Shown here piece after piece: positions 12,498-26,068 of a DNA stretch of 64,000 nucleotides. A model generated the notes under the pieces. It was not told the origin of the DNA. It searched no databases and saw only the letters and a program-made list of their open reading frames with translations. Position numbers and translations under genes: made by a program. Source of the stretch: Octopus vulgaris (lineage: Eukaryota); contig OX597826.1 of the NCBI GenBank assembly GCA_951406725.2, forward strand, positions 5,456,001 to 5,520,000, read 5' to 3'. The first letter of the stretch is position 1. Each line of letters begins with the position of its first letter.

Positions 12498-14098
12498 CAG
12501 GGAACAACAAAATGGAACGTCCAATAACATCAGAATTCCCTTACGAACGTTCTGCTCCCCTAAGGTCCTGGTCTATTACACCATTTTCAAACCACCCGAT
12601 CTCATCATGAGACACTATGTCTACATCGATGATTCCCACTGTGTAAGGCCAGAGGGAGCTCTGCTTCTCATCCCGCTTTACCTGGATTCACTGGAGCCAA
12701 AGCGAATCCTTTCTTCAACGTGATACAGAACATTTTTCATAGAGCCCTCCTTATTCGCACGTGATCATAAAAACAGCACAAACCACAACATTCTGCAGTT
12801 TCTCTAAGAAAACCGAACTATGAAAACTGAGCTATTATATTGTTGTCATCGAATGTGTACCCTGTTAACGAACTTTTAAATAGTGTCTACTGATAAACAT
12901 AAAATACCATCCTATCACTCGTTGGTAAATGCTCAATTGGTAAGTTGTTGGGTAAGGTAAGTATTTTTGCATAGAGCATGTTCATTTCTTCTCCGCCTAT
13001 CTTATGTCAACTAAGATAGTGATGCAAGATATGCGCTGTCTTAGTTTCATAGACGGAGAAAGCTCCATGCATCTATCTCTGCTTGATACACAAAGTGATA
13101 TGTAACATGACACTAACATTCTATTCAGCCTACCACGCAGGAACTTAGCAATTGACGCCCCTGAATTCTTAAATGTTGCATTCCACCGATTAACTGAGTA
13201 AATTAATCCCTTTTTTCTATCCCATGGAGCATATACGAAATCAAGTATGGTTGTTATTTTGTCAGTGCACGCACGTAAGATGATCTAACAAATAGAGTTT
13301 GAAGTATTTTCAGCTAAAAGTAATTTCGTATTGTTTTTAAACCTCCATGCATACCAGGAGCCAAGAGTCTATCTGCGTCTGCGTGACTTTAATAAAATGG
13401 AGCAGAGTCAACAAGTCTTTAAATGTTTACATCTCCTGCAGAATATCTTGGTTTCGCTTTCCCTTCATATAACAGCACATACGCGCGCGCACACACATAC
13501 ACACACAAACACAGGCACACACAAACAGTTACATGCATACATATGTGTGTTGAAATATCATGGAGTAATATGAATATATGACGTTACGTGTTCAGTTTGC
13601 TCACAGCTGAACTTGAATTTCTGCACTTGCCAGCTCATTTTTTATTTACCCAAGGTGATGTACTAGATGGAATTTGTGTGAGCAAGAGCACCAGTTACCC
13701 ATGTATGGGTAGACAACAAGTGACGAATGTATGCTCTTTGGCATCAGGTTCATCAAAGATGTTGCTGTTACAATGCTGAGAAAAAGAGAAGACAGCCAGA
13801 CATTCCAAGCTTTAAAAATTTTGCCATTTCACCAAACTGGATGGCTGCCAAAGCTGATTTAAGCAGTATTTGATCTCAAAGAGCTCAGCAAGTCGTCACA
13901 AGTAACACGTGACATTCCATTCAAAGCATCATCCAATATGCCAAATCGCCATCAATAAGAGAAAATCGGCTGCATCATGCGATGGCATCTCAGTGCAACT
14001 ACACGCACTACGTTATGTTATTTCACAGGAACTTCTATTCAAAGGTTATTAATTGGAAGAATCGCATTAAACTAGCATATTTTTTAACCACCCTTGTA

Positions 14099-14178
<80 letters not shown>

Positions 14179-14820
14179 GTTTCATCAGTATATGTCACCG
14201 GAGCTGATCATTAGAATTTGAAGGAAAATGGATTTATGAACTGTAAAAAAAAAATCGTAATATGAGCGCTAGCTAATTTATGCTCTAAGCCGAAGCAAAT
14301 GATTATTAATTAATTAGCATAAATATCCATGACCCGTACTTTTAATTAACAATTTTATGGCATTATTTCACACTGATTTATCAAAAAACTTCATTAACAA
14401 CTACAGACATGTTTCTGAATCATTACAATTATCCTAATCAACTAAGAAAACGGATATCCTATTATGGTGGATGCTTACAAATAGGATCTATAATAACAGT
14501 TGGATTATTTTTCCGCGCGGTTTGGTATGATAGAAACTTATCTGGAATTGTGAAAAACCTGTTAAATGTTTGATATACTTTGCACTGTTTTTTTTGTATT
14601 TAATTAGTTTTAGGTTATTAAATTTTCTGCGTAATCTCTGCGACCGTTTTCACAGGATTAGTCCTTCAAATTATAGTTGTTTTCAATATTAATAAAATAT
14701 TATCGGCTTTACTACAAGTAAGCTTTGTGTGTACATTTCAAGTAGCATCCTCGTTCGTTATTTACAATTTCCGAAAAGGACCTCAACAGAATATCATCAA
14801 TAAAGATTTTATATTATGCC

Positions 14821-14990
14821 TATTTCTTTCCTACCCGCAAGGGACTAAACCCAGAGAGGACAAACAAGGACAGACAAACGGATTAAGTCGATTATATATA
14901 TATATAATTTGAACTCAGAACGTAACGGCAGACGAAATACGGCTACGCATTTCGCCCGGCGTGCAAATGTTTCTGCCAGCTCGCCACCTT
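14821..14990 (-). mobile_element. SINE family 1 (tail A) with an internal deletion filled by a short (TA)n
   Basis: Head and tail match the 25106 copy. Imperfect flanking direct repeats lie at 14802-14820 and 14991-15009. Confidence 0.85.
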
Positions 14991-15011
14991 AAAGACATTA
15001 TACTATACCGG

Positions 15012-15059
<48 letters not shown>

Positions 15060-15307
15060 GCATACTCCATAATTGGTATATGAGTTGAAAACAACGTGGT
15101 TCGCATTTACATCTCTTAGAGTATTAGTATTTATTCAGAATACAAATATCATGTAATCCATATGTGTGAGTCTAATACTAACAATAATTTGCACTGGTAA
15201 CCACTTTAATATTTACACATTAAAGTAGAAAAGAAACGGGGGAAATAATATACAAATTGCATATTCGGTTTGCAGTTGTTAAACGCGTATTATTCAAATT
15301 GTAGTTA

Positions 15308-15470
15308 TGGTGGTGATCGGGTAGAATCGTTAGCCCGTTGGATAAAAAGAAAAGCTTTCTTTCGCCTTTATGTTTTGAGTTCAAATCACTCCAAGGTCAA
15401 AATTAAGTACTATTTGAGAACTGGGGCCAGGTTAATCGACTAGGCTCCTCCCCAATATTTCAAGCCTTGT
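15308..15470 (+). mobile_element. Degenerate SINE family 1 copy
   Basis: gtagaatcgttagc...ttttgagttcaaatcactccaaggtc...aagtac...ctgggg...taatcgact. Confidence 0.6.
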
Positions 15471-15667
15471 TCAGTAAAATTTCTTTCAAATCCAGGCTTT
15501 ATTTTAACAATATTAATCCTGTTCGATTGTGCATGGGCAGATAGAATGTATTTACATCACAATAATGGTTGCCTTGGTCAGGTGCCTCTTATTCAGTTAA
15601 AATATGTGACATTCATTTTGCAGGAAGCGTTGTGAATAACTGCTCTCAATTAACTCTTTTACTCTAG

Positions 15668-16028
15668 ACACATGGCCCGAACTTTTGGGGGAGTGTGGAG
15701 AATGTCGATTATATCGATCCCAGTACGCAACTGATACTTACTTGATCGACCCCGGAAGGATTAAAGGCAAAGTCGACCTCGGCGGAATTTGAACTCAGAA
15801 CGTAACGGCAGATGAAATACATATTTCTTTACTACCCACAAGGGACTAAACACAGAGAGGACAAAGAAGGACCTACAAACGGATTAAGTCAATTATATCG
15901 ACCCTGGTGCGAAAGAATGAAGGGCAAAGTCGACCTCGGCGGAATATGAATTCAGAACGTAACGGCAGACGAAATACGGCTAAGCATTTCGCCCAGCGCG
16001 CTAAGGTTTCTGCCAGCTCACCGCCTTG
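15668..16028 (-). mobile_element. SINE family 1 dimer (head, body, tail A, then body, tail B)
   Basis: The body aaagtcgacctcggcggaatttgaactcagaacgtaacggcagacgaaatac occurs twice, with the junction at about 15820. Confidence 0.85.
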
Positions 16029-16337
16029 CTGCTCACAATTAACAGTATTAGACGTATGGTAGGAATGAGTACAAATATGCACACACTATATATGTTGAAT
16101 CATTTCTAAATTTGTCTTTATAACTACAGGTAATGAATAAAGCAAATAATAGTTTCTGATTCAGGCTCAGTGTCTGCAGTGTTGTCGGGTGTGAATGAAT
16201 AGATATCACTGAGCACAGTACTTGAATTATGCTTTATTATGCAGAAATACAGTTCTATATTCAAGAGATGAAGAATTATTTACATTATTTACATTATTTA
16301 CATTCGACCGATATTTGTCCTCATCTTGTTTGTTGTT

Positions 16338-16383
16338 AACACAACGTTTCGCTTGATATAACCTCTAGCCTTCTTCAGGTGCC
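16338..16383 (-). ncRNA. Minimal type I hammerhead (intact core, weakened stem II)
   Basis: Minus strand reads gcac-CTGAAGA-aggctagaggttatatcaagc-GAAA-c-GTT-gtgtt, with the palindrome AACGTT as stem III. Confidence 0.65.
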
Positions 16384-16522
16384 CTGGGGAAATTTCGAAC
16401 CTGAATTCTCATTCCTAAGGTATTTTTAACCACTTTAGTGTTTAAGAGCGCGGGCTACTAAACCCAAGATTCCGAGTTCGATTCCAAGCAGTGAGCTAAA
16501 ACATAACAACAACAACAACAAC

Positions 16523-16554
<32 letters not shown>

Positions 16555-16670
16555 TAAAAATAATGATAATAATAATAATTATAATAATAATTATAATTAT
16601 AATAATAATAACAACAACAACAACAACATCGAAAAATAGGAATGAGAACCCAGGTTCGAAATTTCCCTAA

Positions 16671-16716
16671 GACACATGAAGAGGGCTGGGGTGTATATCA
16701 GCCGAAACGTCGTGTT
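16671..16716 (+). ncRNA. Minimal type I hammerhead (C3A mutation, intact stem II)
   Basis: gacac-ATGAAGA-g-ggctg gggtgtatat cagcc-GAAA-c-GTC-gtgtt. Confidence 0.6.
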
Positions 16717-17337
16717 AATAACAAACAAGATGATGACAAATATCCGTCGAATGTAAATAACTTAAATAATGTAAATAATGTATGAAAGGACGTGAACTCA
16801 GAACGGCAAGAGAAGGAACAAATGCTGTAAAACATATTTCTTTCTGCCGATATAAACGAGAAAACTAATAAACGACCTGTAAACCTTGCCCGGCGGACTC
16901 CATCAAGTGATGTTTCTTTAACGAACAGCAGGTATCCTCAAATGATGAATCAAACATTTTACACAGGTACGGCCATCATTAAAGGGAAGCAAAATATATT
17001 ACAGCGCTTGACGGTAAAGAAATCTTATATTTTATTGCATGAGAGACTACCAATTTGTACATATTGAAAGCGAAAATAAGTATGAAATTTAACCTTGCGT
17101 AAAAGAAATTTGTTTTGAACATTTACCCTTTTGGCATACATGTTCATGCAACCCGTTCCCGCTGTTTACGATTTAATATATAAATAACAGTTTGGGTATG
17201 GATGACAAAATATGTATACACGTATACACGCAAAACAGAGAGAAAGCAAAGGGTGGAATGGTGGAGACTTTTAGATGATGACTTTTTAAGCATTTTTTCC
17301 TCCGTCTTCCCTTCTTTGGACCTTTCCTTTTTCTACC

Positions 17338-17370
17338 TTTCTGACGAAGAGCTCCGCTCGAAACGTTAAA
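17338..17370 (+). ncRNA. Minimal type I hammerhead in a pyrimidine-rich element that ends in (TA)n at about 17465
   Basis: ttt-CTGACGA(17341-17347)-a-gagc tcc gctc-GAAA-c-GTT-aaa. The core is intact, stem II has 4 bp, and stem III is the palindrome AACGTT. Confidence 0.78.
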
Positions 17371-17762
17371 CCCTCCTTTTTTCCTGAGCGTCCAATAATA
17401 CTATACTTGTTCCACATCCTCGCGTTGTTGTGTTTTCGCTTTGTGTTTTCATGTTTGGATTAACTATATATATATATATGGTATATCCTTAAACTCGTTT
17501 GGTAGTTCCAGAGATTTTGAGGAGAGTTGCATCACACCAAAAGCTATTATTTCTGTTCGCATATACAGCAACCCTTGCGGGTAACCATAAGCTATGAAGC
17601 ACATTTTTCAACTTTTCGATCTTCGATACGGGAAAAATTTACACCGTTCAACGTCATTAAGCCACTATTGTACCTGAAAATTGTTTTTAATACATTTTAC
17701 GGACTGTTCGAAGCTTACTATCTTGCTACACTTTGATCCTTCGATCTTACCTTTACATATAT

Positions 17763-17897
<135 letters not shown>

Positions 17898-18602
17898 TAT
17901 ATTGTATTATATTATATATATATACATACGTACACACACACAAGCACACACATATATATATACTCACACACACACATATATATGAGTTGATCCCTTGCCT
18001 TGTTCTGAATTCTACAAGTGACGAAGAAAACTGTATTATTTCCTTATAACTGGACATCAATGGATATATGCACGAATCAAAATTCCAGTTGTATGTTTTG
18101 TGCAGTTACAGGGCAACACGGCAGAAGAACTCATGTCCGCTTTTAAGCCACAATATTACAAATGGAACACATTGTCTTTGCTCATATGAATTGAATTCGC
18201 AATGCATAATAAAACAATCCCAGACAGGAATACTTTAGTGAGCACAGCATACATTGTTAGCAAATTTTCACGCATAATAGAAAATCCATGCTGAAGAAAT
18301 GCGTAATATACTGAATATTATTGGAAGAAAATGCAAACGATATTCACTTTTGAAAAGCAGAAATGAAAATAGTTTCAAAACGGGATAATGCAATGGTCCA
18401 TTGTTAAAGTACGGAGGAAATATCGACACCTATACAAAGGGTTAGCAGCAAACACTATATCCTTTTAGAAGGTCGCAGTCTTAAAATTCGTAGAAAAAGC
18501 AGAAACAGCTTCCTTAATGAAAATATAAATACAAAACTAGAAAGTAGAGTATATAGTCTACTATTTTGTACAAGGCACGAAGACACGCTTACACATATGC
18601 AC

Positions 18603-18658
<56 letters not shown>

Positions 18659-18703
18659 ATGTGCATATATATATATATATGTATGTATATATATGTGCAT
18701 ATA

Positions 18704-18824
<121 letters not shown>

Positions 18825-19107
18825 GAAGATAGATAGATATATATATAGAGAGAGAGAGAGGGAGAGGGAGGGAGAGAAATGAACATATATTCCTGTGTGT
18901 ACAGCCAGATATACAGAAACAAAATGAAAACAAGGTGAAAGGGACGAAAGACAGAAAGAGAAGAAATGTTGTGAAAATAGGTAGGCCTAAGTAGAAGTTA
19001 TTAATTTACATAGCTTCAATCGCAATCATATATGTGTAAGAGTCTGTGTTTATAGCCGTAATGTTACAAGCACACAGACACACAAACTGTTATATATAGA
19101 TGTGTAC

Positions 19108-19138
<31 letters not shown>

Positions 19139-19357
19139 GTATCTGCATGTACGCAAAATTGAGAAAACAACGGCGAAACATATGTATAGACATCAAAGAA
19201 TTTACAGATTATCAGAAAAACACTAGCATCCGTTTGTTATAATATTACTACGACATGAAAGGCTAAAATATATATACATCAATACAAATGTAGGCATGCA
19301 ACTATATCTGTAAATATATATATGAACATAATTATTTATATATACACATATATAAAC

Positions 19358-19426
<69 letters not shown>

Positions 19427-19738
19427 TATGTTTATCTGCATATACAAATGCTTATGTACAAACATATGTGTCCAATTACATATACATAGACAGTGTTATA
19501 AAAATAACAATAATTGTAAAACATGACTAGGAACTTTTCCCTTTGATCTGCTTGAATCTGATATTTCAAGAGAGACTCAAGTTTGTGTGCAGAAAAGCCA
19601 GGAAATCAATATAGCACGCTGGACTACAAATTCGCAGAAACACTTCTACCGAACTGCAGTTATAGACATCAGTGTTACACACAAAAATGATATAGACTAC
19701 ACAGATATACACAGGCATATGCATATATATATATATAC

Positions 19739-19823
<85 letters not shown>

Positions 19824-20060
19824 CAGATTACACACATACAATTGCTGCTACATATTCATAGCCAAATAGATACATTCACGCATAGACACACATATATTTA
19901 CGCGTACGTGCATACATGACGTATTGTATAGGTGTGTCTATGATTGTGTTTAGGTATATATACACTCATATATAAATATTCCTACGCATAACCCAACCAT
20001 CTCTATACTGACATAAACGTATGCACGATGATTTTTACGTTTATTTACATTGATTGTGTG

Positions 20061-20124
<64 letters not shown>

Positions 20125-20161
20125 CATCCATCCATCAATCCATCCATCCATCCATCCATCC

Positions 20162-20234
<73 letters not shown>

Positions 20235-20259
20235 GCTATCTATCTATCTAGCTATCTAT

Positions 20260-20298
<39 letters not shown>

Positions 20299-20343
20299 GC
20301 TATCTATCTATCTATCTATCTAGCTATCTATCTAGCTATCTAT

Positions 20344-20402
<59 letters not shown>

Positions 20403-20435
20403 GCTAGCTAGCTAGCTATCTATCTAGCTATCTAT

Positions 20436-20484
<49 letters not shown>

Positions 20485-20526
20485 TTATCTATCTATCTCT
20501 CTATCTATCTATTTATCTATCTATCT
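20061..20526. repeat. Compound (TATC)n/(CATC)n/(TAGC)n tetranucleotide array
   Basis: Read directly from the sequence. It explains the YLSI ORFs. Confidence 0.97.
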
Positions 20527-20959
20527 GTTTACACAAGCACATGTGTGTGTTTGTGTGCATGTGTGTTCATATATATGTATATAATGTATTTGTACATATG
20601 TATATGCATATGTGTCAATTTGTATGAACATACATATATTTATCTATACATACATACATACATACATACACACATTCACACACACACACGTACACACACA
20701 CACACACGCACATATCTACTTACACATACATATAGACATGATCATACCCGTACCTGATTTTTAGTTGTTCGCTTTTCAGTATTCTTGATGATTAAGTACC
20801 CTTACTTTGTGAACTTCATGCATATCTTAGTCAAGATATAAATCGCTCCTTGGTATGTCATGATTTCTGACTTACCTTGTAAATCACTCTGCAGATATCT
20901 TCACCAGTTCAATAAGATAGGATTGTTTCACTTTTATATGAAATCTCTCTCTATCTTTG

Positions 20960-21016
<57 letters not shown>

Positions 21017-21561
21017 AAATAATTTTTATGCATCGCTTCGTTTTTATTCACACGTTCGACGAACGACGGCCATTGTTTTTCCGTACGCTTCAGGGAATCT
21101 CTTTCTACACCTGCTCCAAAAGCAATTAGTCGATAAATGTCAATGAATCTAGGAAGTTTTACCTACAGTAAATACATGCGTATATTTTTTTTTATATGAA
21201 AATATTTAAGATTTAGGATTTCCGCTTAGTTGTCTCACGTAGGTATTGAATATTGCCCGAAATAATTTCTAATTAATTCTTTAAAATCACTAATTTCCGC
21301 CATTAGGCCTAATAAAATCTGTACGGTTCGAGATATATGTGGGCCACATTTTTGCACGGCATATGAATATGTTTGTAAGTGAGTATAATTTTGCATGGTA
21401 AATATGTTTCGGCTCTTTTAATGCTGAGTTGTAATTCACTGAGATCAACTTTTACTGGGTTAGCGAAAACAAACTATCAATCATGTTCTTTGAGTAACTT
21501 TATCATTCAGCTCTCCACCTGAAAATTTCTGGTTCTATGCCTAAACCAGAAAACTTTATTT

Positions 21562-21770
21562 GGGCGGCGGATTGGCAGAGTAGTTAGAGTGTCGTACAAA
21601 ATGAATTGTGGAATTTAATGGTTTCTTTCCGTACTGAAATGAAATTCCGCAAAAGTCAATTTAGCCTTTCATCCTTCTGGAGTCGATAAAGTAATGCCCC
21701 ACTAAAGTACTAAGTTTAACGCTATGGACTAATTGTGTCCTCTCAAAATTTACTTGCCTTGCAGCTAAAA
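21562..21770 (+). mobile_element. Degenerate SINE family 1 copy
   Basis: ggcggcggattggcagagtagttag...aaattccgcaaaagtcaatttagcctttcatccttctggagtcgataaa. Confidence 0.7.
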
Positions 21771-22575
21771 AACACAATTGTTATTGATGTTGGCAATGAT
21801 GATGCTATTCATTGTTTCTTCAACTTTGCCTTTGGATTGTAAACCTAGGGCATATTGACATAATTGCATCATTTTGCGATGCAAGTTCAAATATCACGGA
21901 GATCAACATTATGCCCCGTGAATCTATGGTCAAGAAAAATACGGATCGATAATCTAATAGTTTACAAATCTGAGTATTTCTATGTACCAAGGCTCGAAAT
22001 CCTTATTTTATGAGTGACGACATTGGATTTTGTATATATTTTTATTACGCATCGGTATGTAGTTTTCCACCTATTTGAGCGAGCATCCATGCATTGTTGT
22101 AAGCATACAACATCTTTTCCTAAATATAAGAGACTAACAAAACGGTAAGAATGAAGTGAAGCAGAAATATTTCACAATCGATTTGCGTTTTACTCTCGGA
22201 GACTGCAGTTTTGCTAGGACAGCATTATTTGGGAACTGATTTCTTCAGTTGCAAGATCACTGAAGTACAAGATGGCCCAGTATGTTTGATTAGTGTTGTA
22301 TATGAAAGGTCAACACAGGTCCTTCCATGCATGCACTTTTTCCGTGTTTCTCCGCCATCGCACGAATGTTGCGAATACACGCAATGTTATTGATTTTTGC
22401 TTGGGCTGAGGTAGTGTTGTCATCTAAGAGAATAATTTTAAATAAAGAAGTTAACGTTAGAAAAAAAATGTGCGGTAGGGACAAATAGAAATGGAAAGAA
22501 AATACGAAACGAAATTATAGAAATATCATATAGATATATATACATACATACATATATATACATACATACATATAC

Positions 22576-22626
<51 letters not shown>

Positions 22627-22758
22627 CACATATATAGATATATATTAATATGTATATATATATATAAATATATATATAAACATCCATACGTATATACATA
22701 TATATAAATATATACAAACATTCAAATATATATACATATAAATATATATATTCATGTA

Positions 22759-22792
<34 letters not shown>

Positions 22793-22795
<3 letters not shown>

Positions 22796-22827
22796 CATTT
22801 TCATAACACCCGTACACAAGGGCGTTA

Positions 22828-22869
<42 letters not shown>

Positions 22870-23030
22870 CAAACATAATTTATAGATATGTGCACACATA
22901 GTCACTTAATAAGTGTGTGTGCGCATGCGTGTGTGTGTGTTCACGGGCGTTATGAAAATAGAAAAGTATGGCGTAATCCATTTACTGAAAGCCTAACTAT
23001 ACTAACCAAAGCTTCATATCAAACACAGAA
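22793..23030. mobile_element. Fragments of a Tc1/mariner-like terminal repeat
   Basis: ttccattttcataacacccgta (22793) is the reverse complement of cacgggcgttatgaaaatagaa (22942). A third partial end, caagggcgttatgaa, lies at 22817 inside (TA)n. Confidence 0.45.
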
Positions 23031-23481
23031 TGCACAATATTGTGAATATGTAGCGAAGAATGAAATTGAAAACATACCGATTCGACAAAAACATATCTTA
23101 CTTTCCTGCAGAGTTTATGTTAGATTTAAAATCGAACAGTGTTATTGTCAGAAAAATGTAATGGAAGAAATGGAGTTTAGCTTGATTAAGCATAATAAAA
23201 ATTGTAAAATTTTTACATCGAGAAATATTTAGTTTTCAATATTTCATCAAAATTTCTGAAAAATATATGTGTACTGCCTTTTAAATCCTTCGCCGGACTA
23301 AGATGTTATGCCAAACTAAAACATCTGTGAAAAATAAACTGATGGAAACTTTTAGGGATCCTCATACGTCGAAACAGACGCTAGGGTTCATCGGGTATGT
23401 ATGTATGTATGTATGTATGTATGTACAGATAGATAGATGGATATAGATCGATATATGTAAATACACACACGCACGTGTATG

Positions 23482-23514
<33 letters not shown>

Positions 23515-23529
23515 GTATATACATATATG

Positions 23530-23629
<100 letters not shown>

Positions 23630-24039
23630 CATACACATATATATATATATGTATATATGCATATATGCATAAATAAGTATGCCTCTGTGTGTGTATGTGC
23701 GCATATAAAATAGATTTAACAGATTTTAATAAAATACATGTTAACATTTTAGCACACAACGCTTGTATGTTTAGAATCGATTAATTTTAAGTGCATTTGT
23801 TAGGAAAATACTTATAACAGCAAACTGAGAATAATGAAATAATTGATGAACATTTTAATCCCACAACAGTTTAGGCCAAATTTCGTTAATCAGTTGATCA
23901 AAAATCATCTTAGGCTTTACTTGAGTCGCCTAGGTAACAATTTATGCATCTCAACCAATCCTTAGCGAATATTTCATCTGTGGCTGAAAACTTGAAAAGT
24001 TATCGCAGAAAATAACATTCACATGAGAATTTGCATTGA

Positions 24040-24250
24040 AATGTCCTGTTGATTTTTGAAAAATCGATGCTGATTAAAAATGATCAGTTTTTAAATATCC
24101 CAAGTACGTAAGTGACAGCATGGGCCCCACACACTCCTCAAGATTCATGAAGATCGGTTGGATAGTCTCGGAGGAGTTGAAGTAACAAATTCACAAGTAC
24201 ACACACACACAGCCACAAACACTGAAAATGCCATTTATGTATACAAATTT
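24040..24250 (+). mobile_element. Possible Helitron/Helentron-type non-autonomous element 3' end
   Basis: ttcatgaagatcggttggatagtctcggaggagtt, then (CA)n, then ccatttatgtataca. This resembles the layout of microsatellite-carrying rolling-circle elements, by pattern only. Confidence 0.35.
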
Positions 24251-24709
24251 AGAAATTGTAAACTAGCATAACCGAAGTCTATCTAACTAGCGTATATATT
24301 CAAGGAGGTCTTTGACATCTTATGTGAGTCCTTTTAAAGTTAAGTCGCACAGAAAGTAACATTACGCTTTTATATGGGTAACTACTATTACGATATATTT
24401 CGGATTTTTCGGGTGATATATCAGTAAGACGCCAAAACATCAATAAAATATAATAGCGTTGGACTATACAGTTATCAAGGTGGCATCTCATCCAAGAAAT
24501 AACAATGGATATAATATAAAGATGCTGAAAAATCGATAATTAGTAGTACTAGTTAATTAAATTCCCTAGATACAGAGGGATATGCAAATGGGAAAACAAT
24601 ATCTCAAGAGTGAAATCAATTTAGTAAAATAATCAGCAAAGGTGACACTATTCACCTGCCCACAATTTTTGAGAATATTATAGACAATATTATTAACATA
24701 CGTATAACC

Positions 24710-24900
24710 GTGGCGAGCTGGCAGAATCATTAGCAAGCCAGGCGAATCACTTAGCGGCCTTCCGTTCAAATTCCGCCGCGGTTGATTTAGCTTCGTGGTC
24801 GATAATAAAAGTAACGGTTCAGCACTGAAGTCGATGTAATTGAATAATTCCTCCCTCCAACCCGAGCTTGCTGGCGTTGTGCCAAAATTTGAAATCAATG
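24710..24900 (+). mobile_element. SINE family 1 (tail B), internally deleted
   Basis: tggcgagctggcagaatcattagc...ttcaaattccgccgcggttga...gcttgctggcgttgtgccaaaatttgaaa. Confidence 0.75.
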
Positions 24901-25105
24901 TTACCATACGTATAACTAACAGAGCTTAGACAGAAAAATAATGCTACCCATACAAGAATTTGAAAATGATTTGGTTTTGAACACTAGCAGAAATATATAG
25001 ACCAAAATATTTAATAATGATACGCGTAAAGATATATAATCGGGTACAAAACACCTCGTTCTGAAAAATTATATCAATTAATGTAACATAGACCTTTTTA
25101 ATACC

Positions 25106-25336
25106 TATTTCTTTACTACCCACAAGGGGCTAAACACAGAGGGGACAAATAAGGACAGACAAACGGATTAAGTCGATTACATCGACCCCCAGTATTCATC
25201 TGGTACTTAATTTATCGACCCCGAAAGGATGAAAGGCAAAGTCGACCTCGGCGGAATTTGAACTCAGAACGTAGCGGCAGACGAAATACCGCAAAGCATT
25301 TCGCCTGGCGTGCTAAGGTTTCTGCCAGCTCACCTC
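25106..25336 (-). mobile_element. SINE family 1 (tail A), near-consensus full-length copy with a target-site duplication
   Basis: Head gagctggcagaa with B-box-like GAGTTCAAATTCC, tail cccttgtgggtagtaaagaaata, and flanking tttaatacc repeats at 25097-25105 and 25337-25345. Confidence 0.9.
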
Positions 25337-25727
25337 TTTAATACCGATTATCATGCACCACTCCAAGTTCATATATACCACCAAATTTTCTCATTACATT
25401 CCCCATACAGGTTAGCTAGACCTGTATGGAGAGTATAAAATTACGGTCACATAACAGAGTCTCACATTCTCTAAATACCTTACATACAATCAGTTTAAAT
25501 GTTGTTGTAGAAGAAAAAGTGACTAGCTGTCTTCTAGATTGAAAAATGACGGCTGATTGCGCAGAGATGGATTTAGCAGATGTAGTAAACAGTAATATCA
25601 GATTAACAGTGGACACTTTTAAAACCAGATGCACATTACACACCTATTTCTTCAGTTCAGCTTAACGAATCGACCACAATATCTTCTTTATTGAAAACCA
25701 GATACTTTCACTATTGGGCTCTCTTCT

Positions 25728-26068
25728 AAAACCGGTAAATTAAGGTAGTAAGGGGACGTAAACAAACCAACGTCATTTAACACGAGGTGATAGGGGACAG
25801 GCACATACACAATGGCACACATAAGCACACTCAAAGACACGCACATACTTACATACATATGCGCACATGCTCACATGTATACGCACACATGCACACACAC
25901 ACACATATGTACGACGGGCTTCTTTCTGTTTCGGTTCACAGAATACATTGCATTCAAATTATCTATTATAGACCGGGACTATAATAGAAGACACTCGCCC
26001 AAAGTGTCATGTAGAGGAATTAAACCTGTAACCCTGTGACGGTGAGTAAACTTTTTACCACGGAGCCA
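25728..26068 (-). mobile_element. SINE family 2 copy with an internal (CA)-rich tract
   Basis: ggggacgtaaacaaacc...tacgacgggcttctttctgtttc...ctataatagaagacactcgcccaaagtg. Homologous to 41993-42422 and 59455-59590. Confidence 0.75.

Larger units (their letters stand above)
16248..16782 (+). mobile_element. tRNA-headed, hammerhead-bearing element with an upstream inverted tail copy (candidate Penelope-dependent SINE)
   Basis: Inverted arms at about 16275-16427 and 16632-16780. A tRNA-like segment at 16430-16495 carries the B-box GAGTTCGATTCC and is followed by an (AAC/AAT)n linker. Both arms contain hammerhead motifs. Confidence 0.7.

Noticed and set aside
13000-13260. Minus-strand TILDFVYAPWD resembling the CR1/L2 C-terminus
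   Set aside because: It is too degenerate to support without a profile search.
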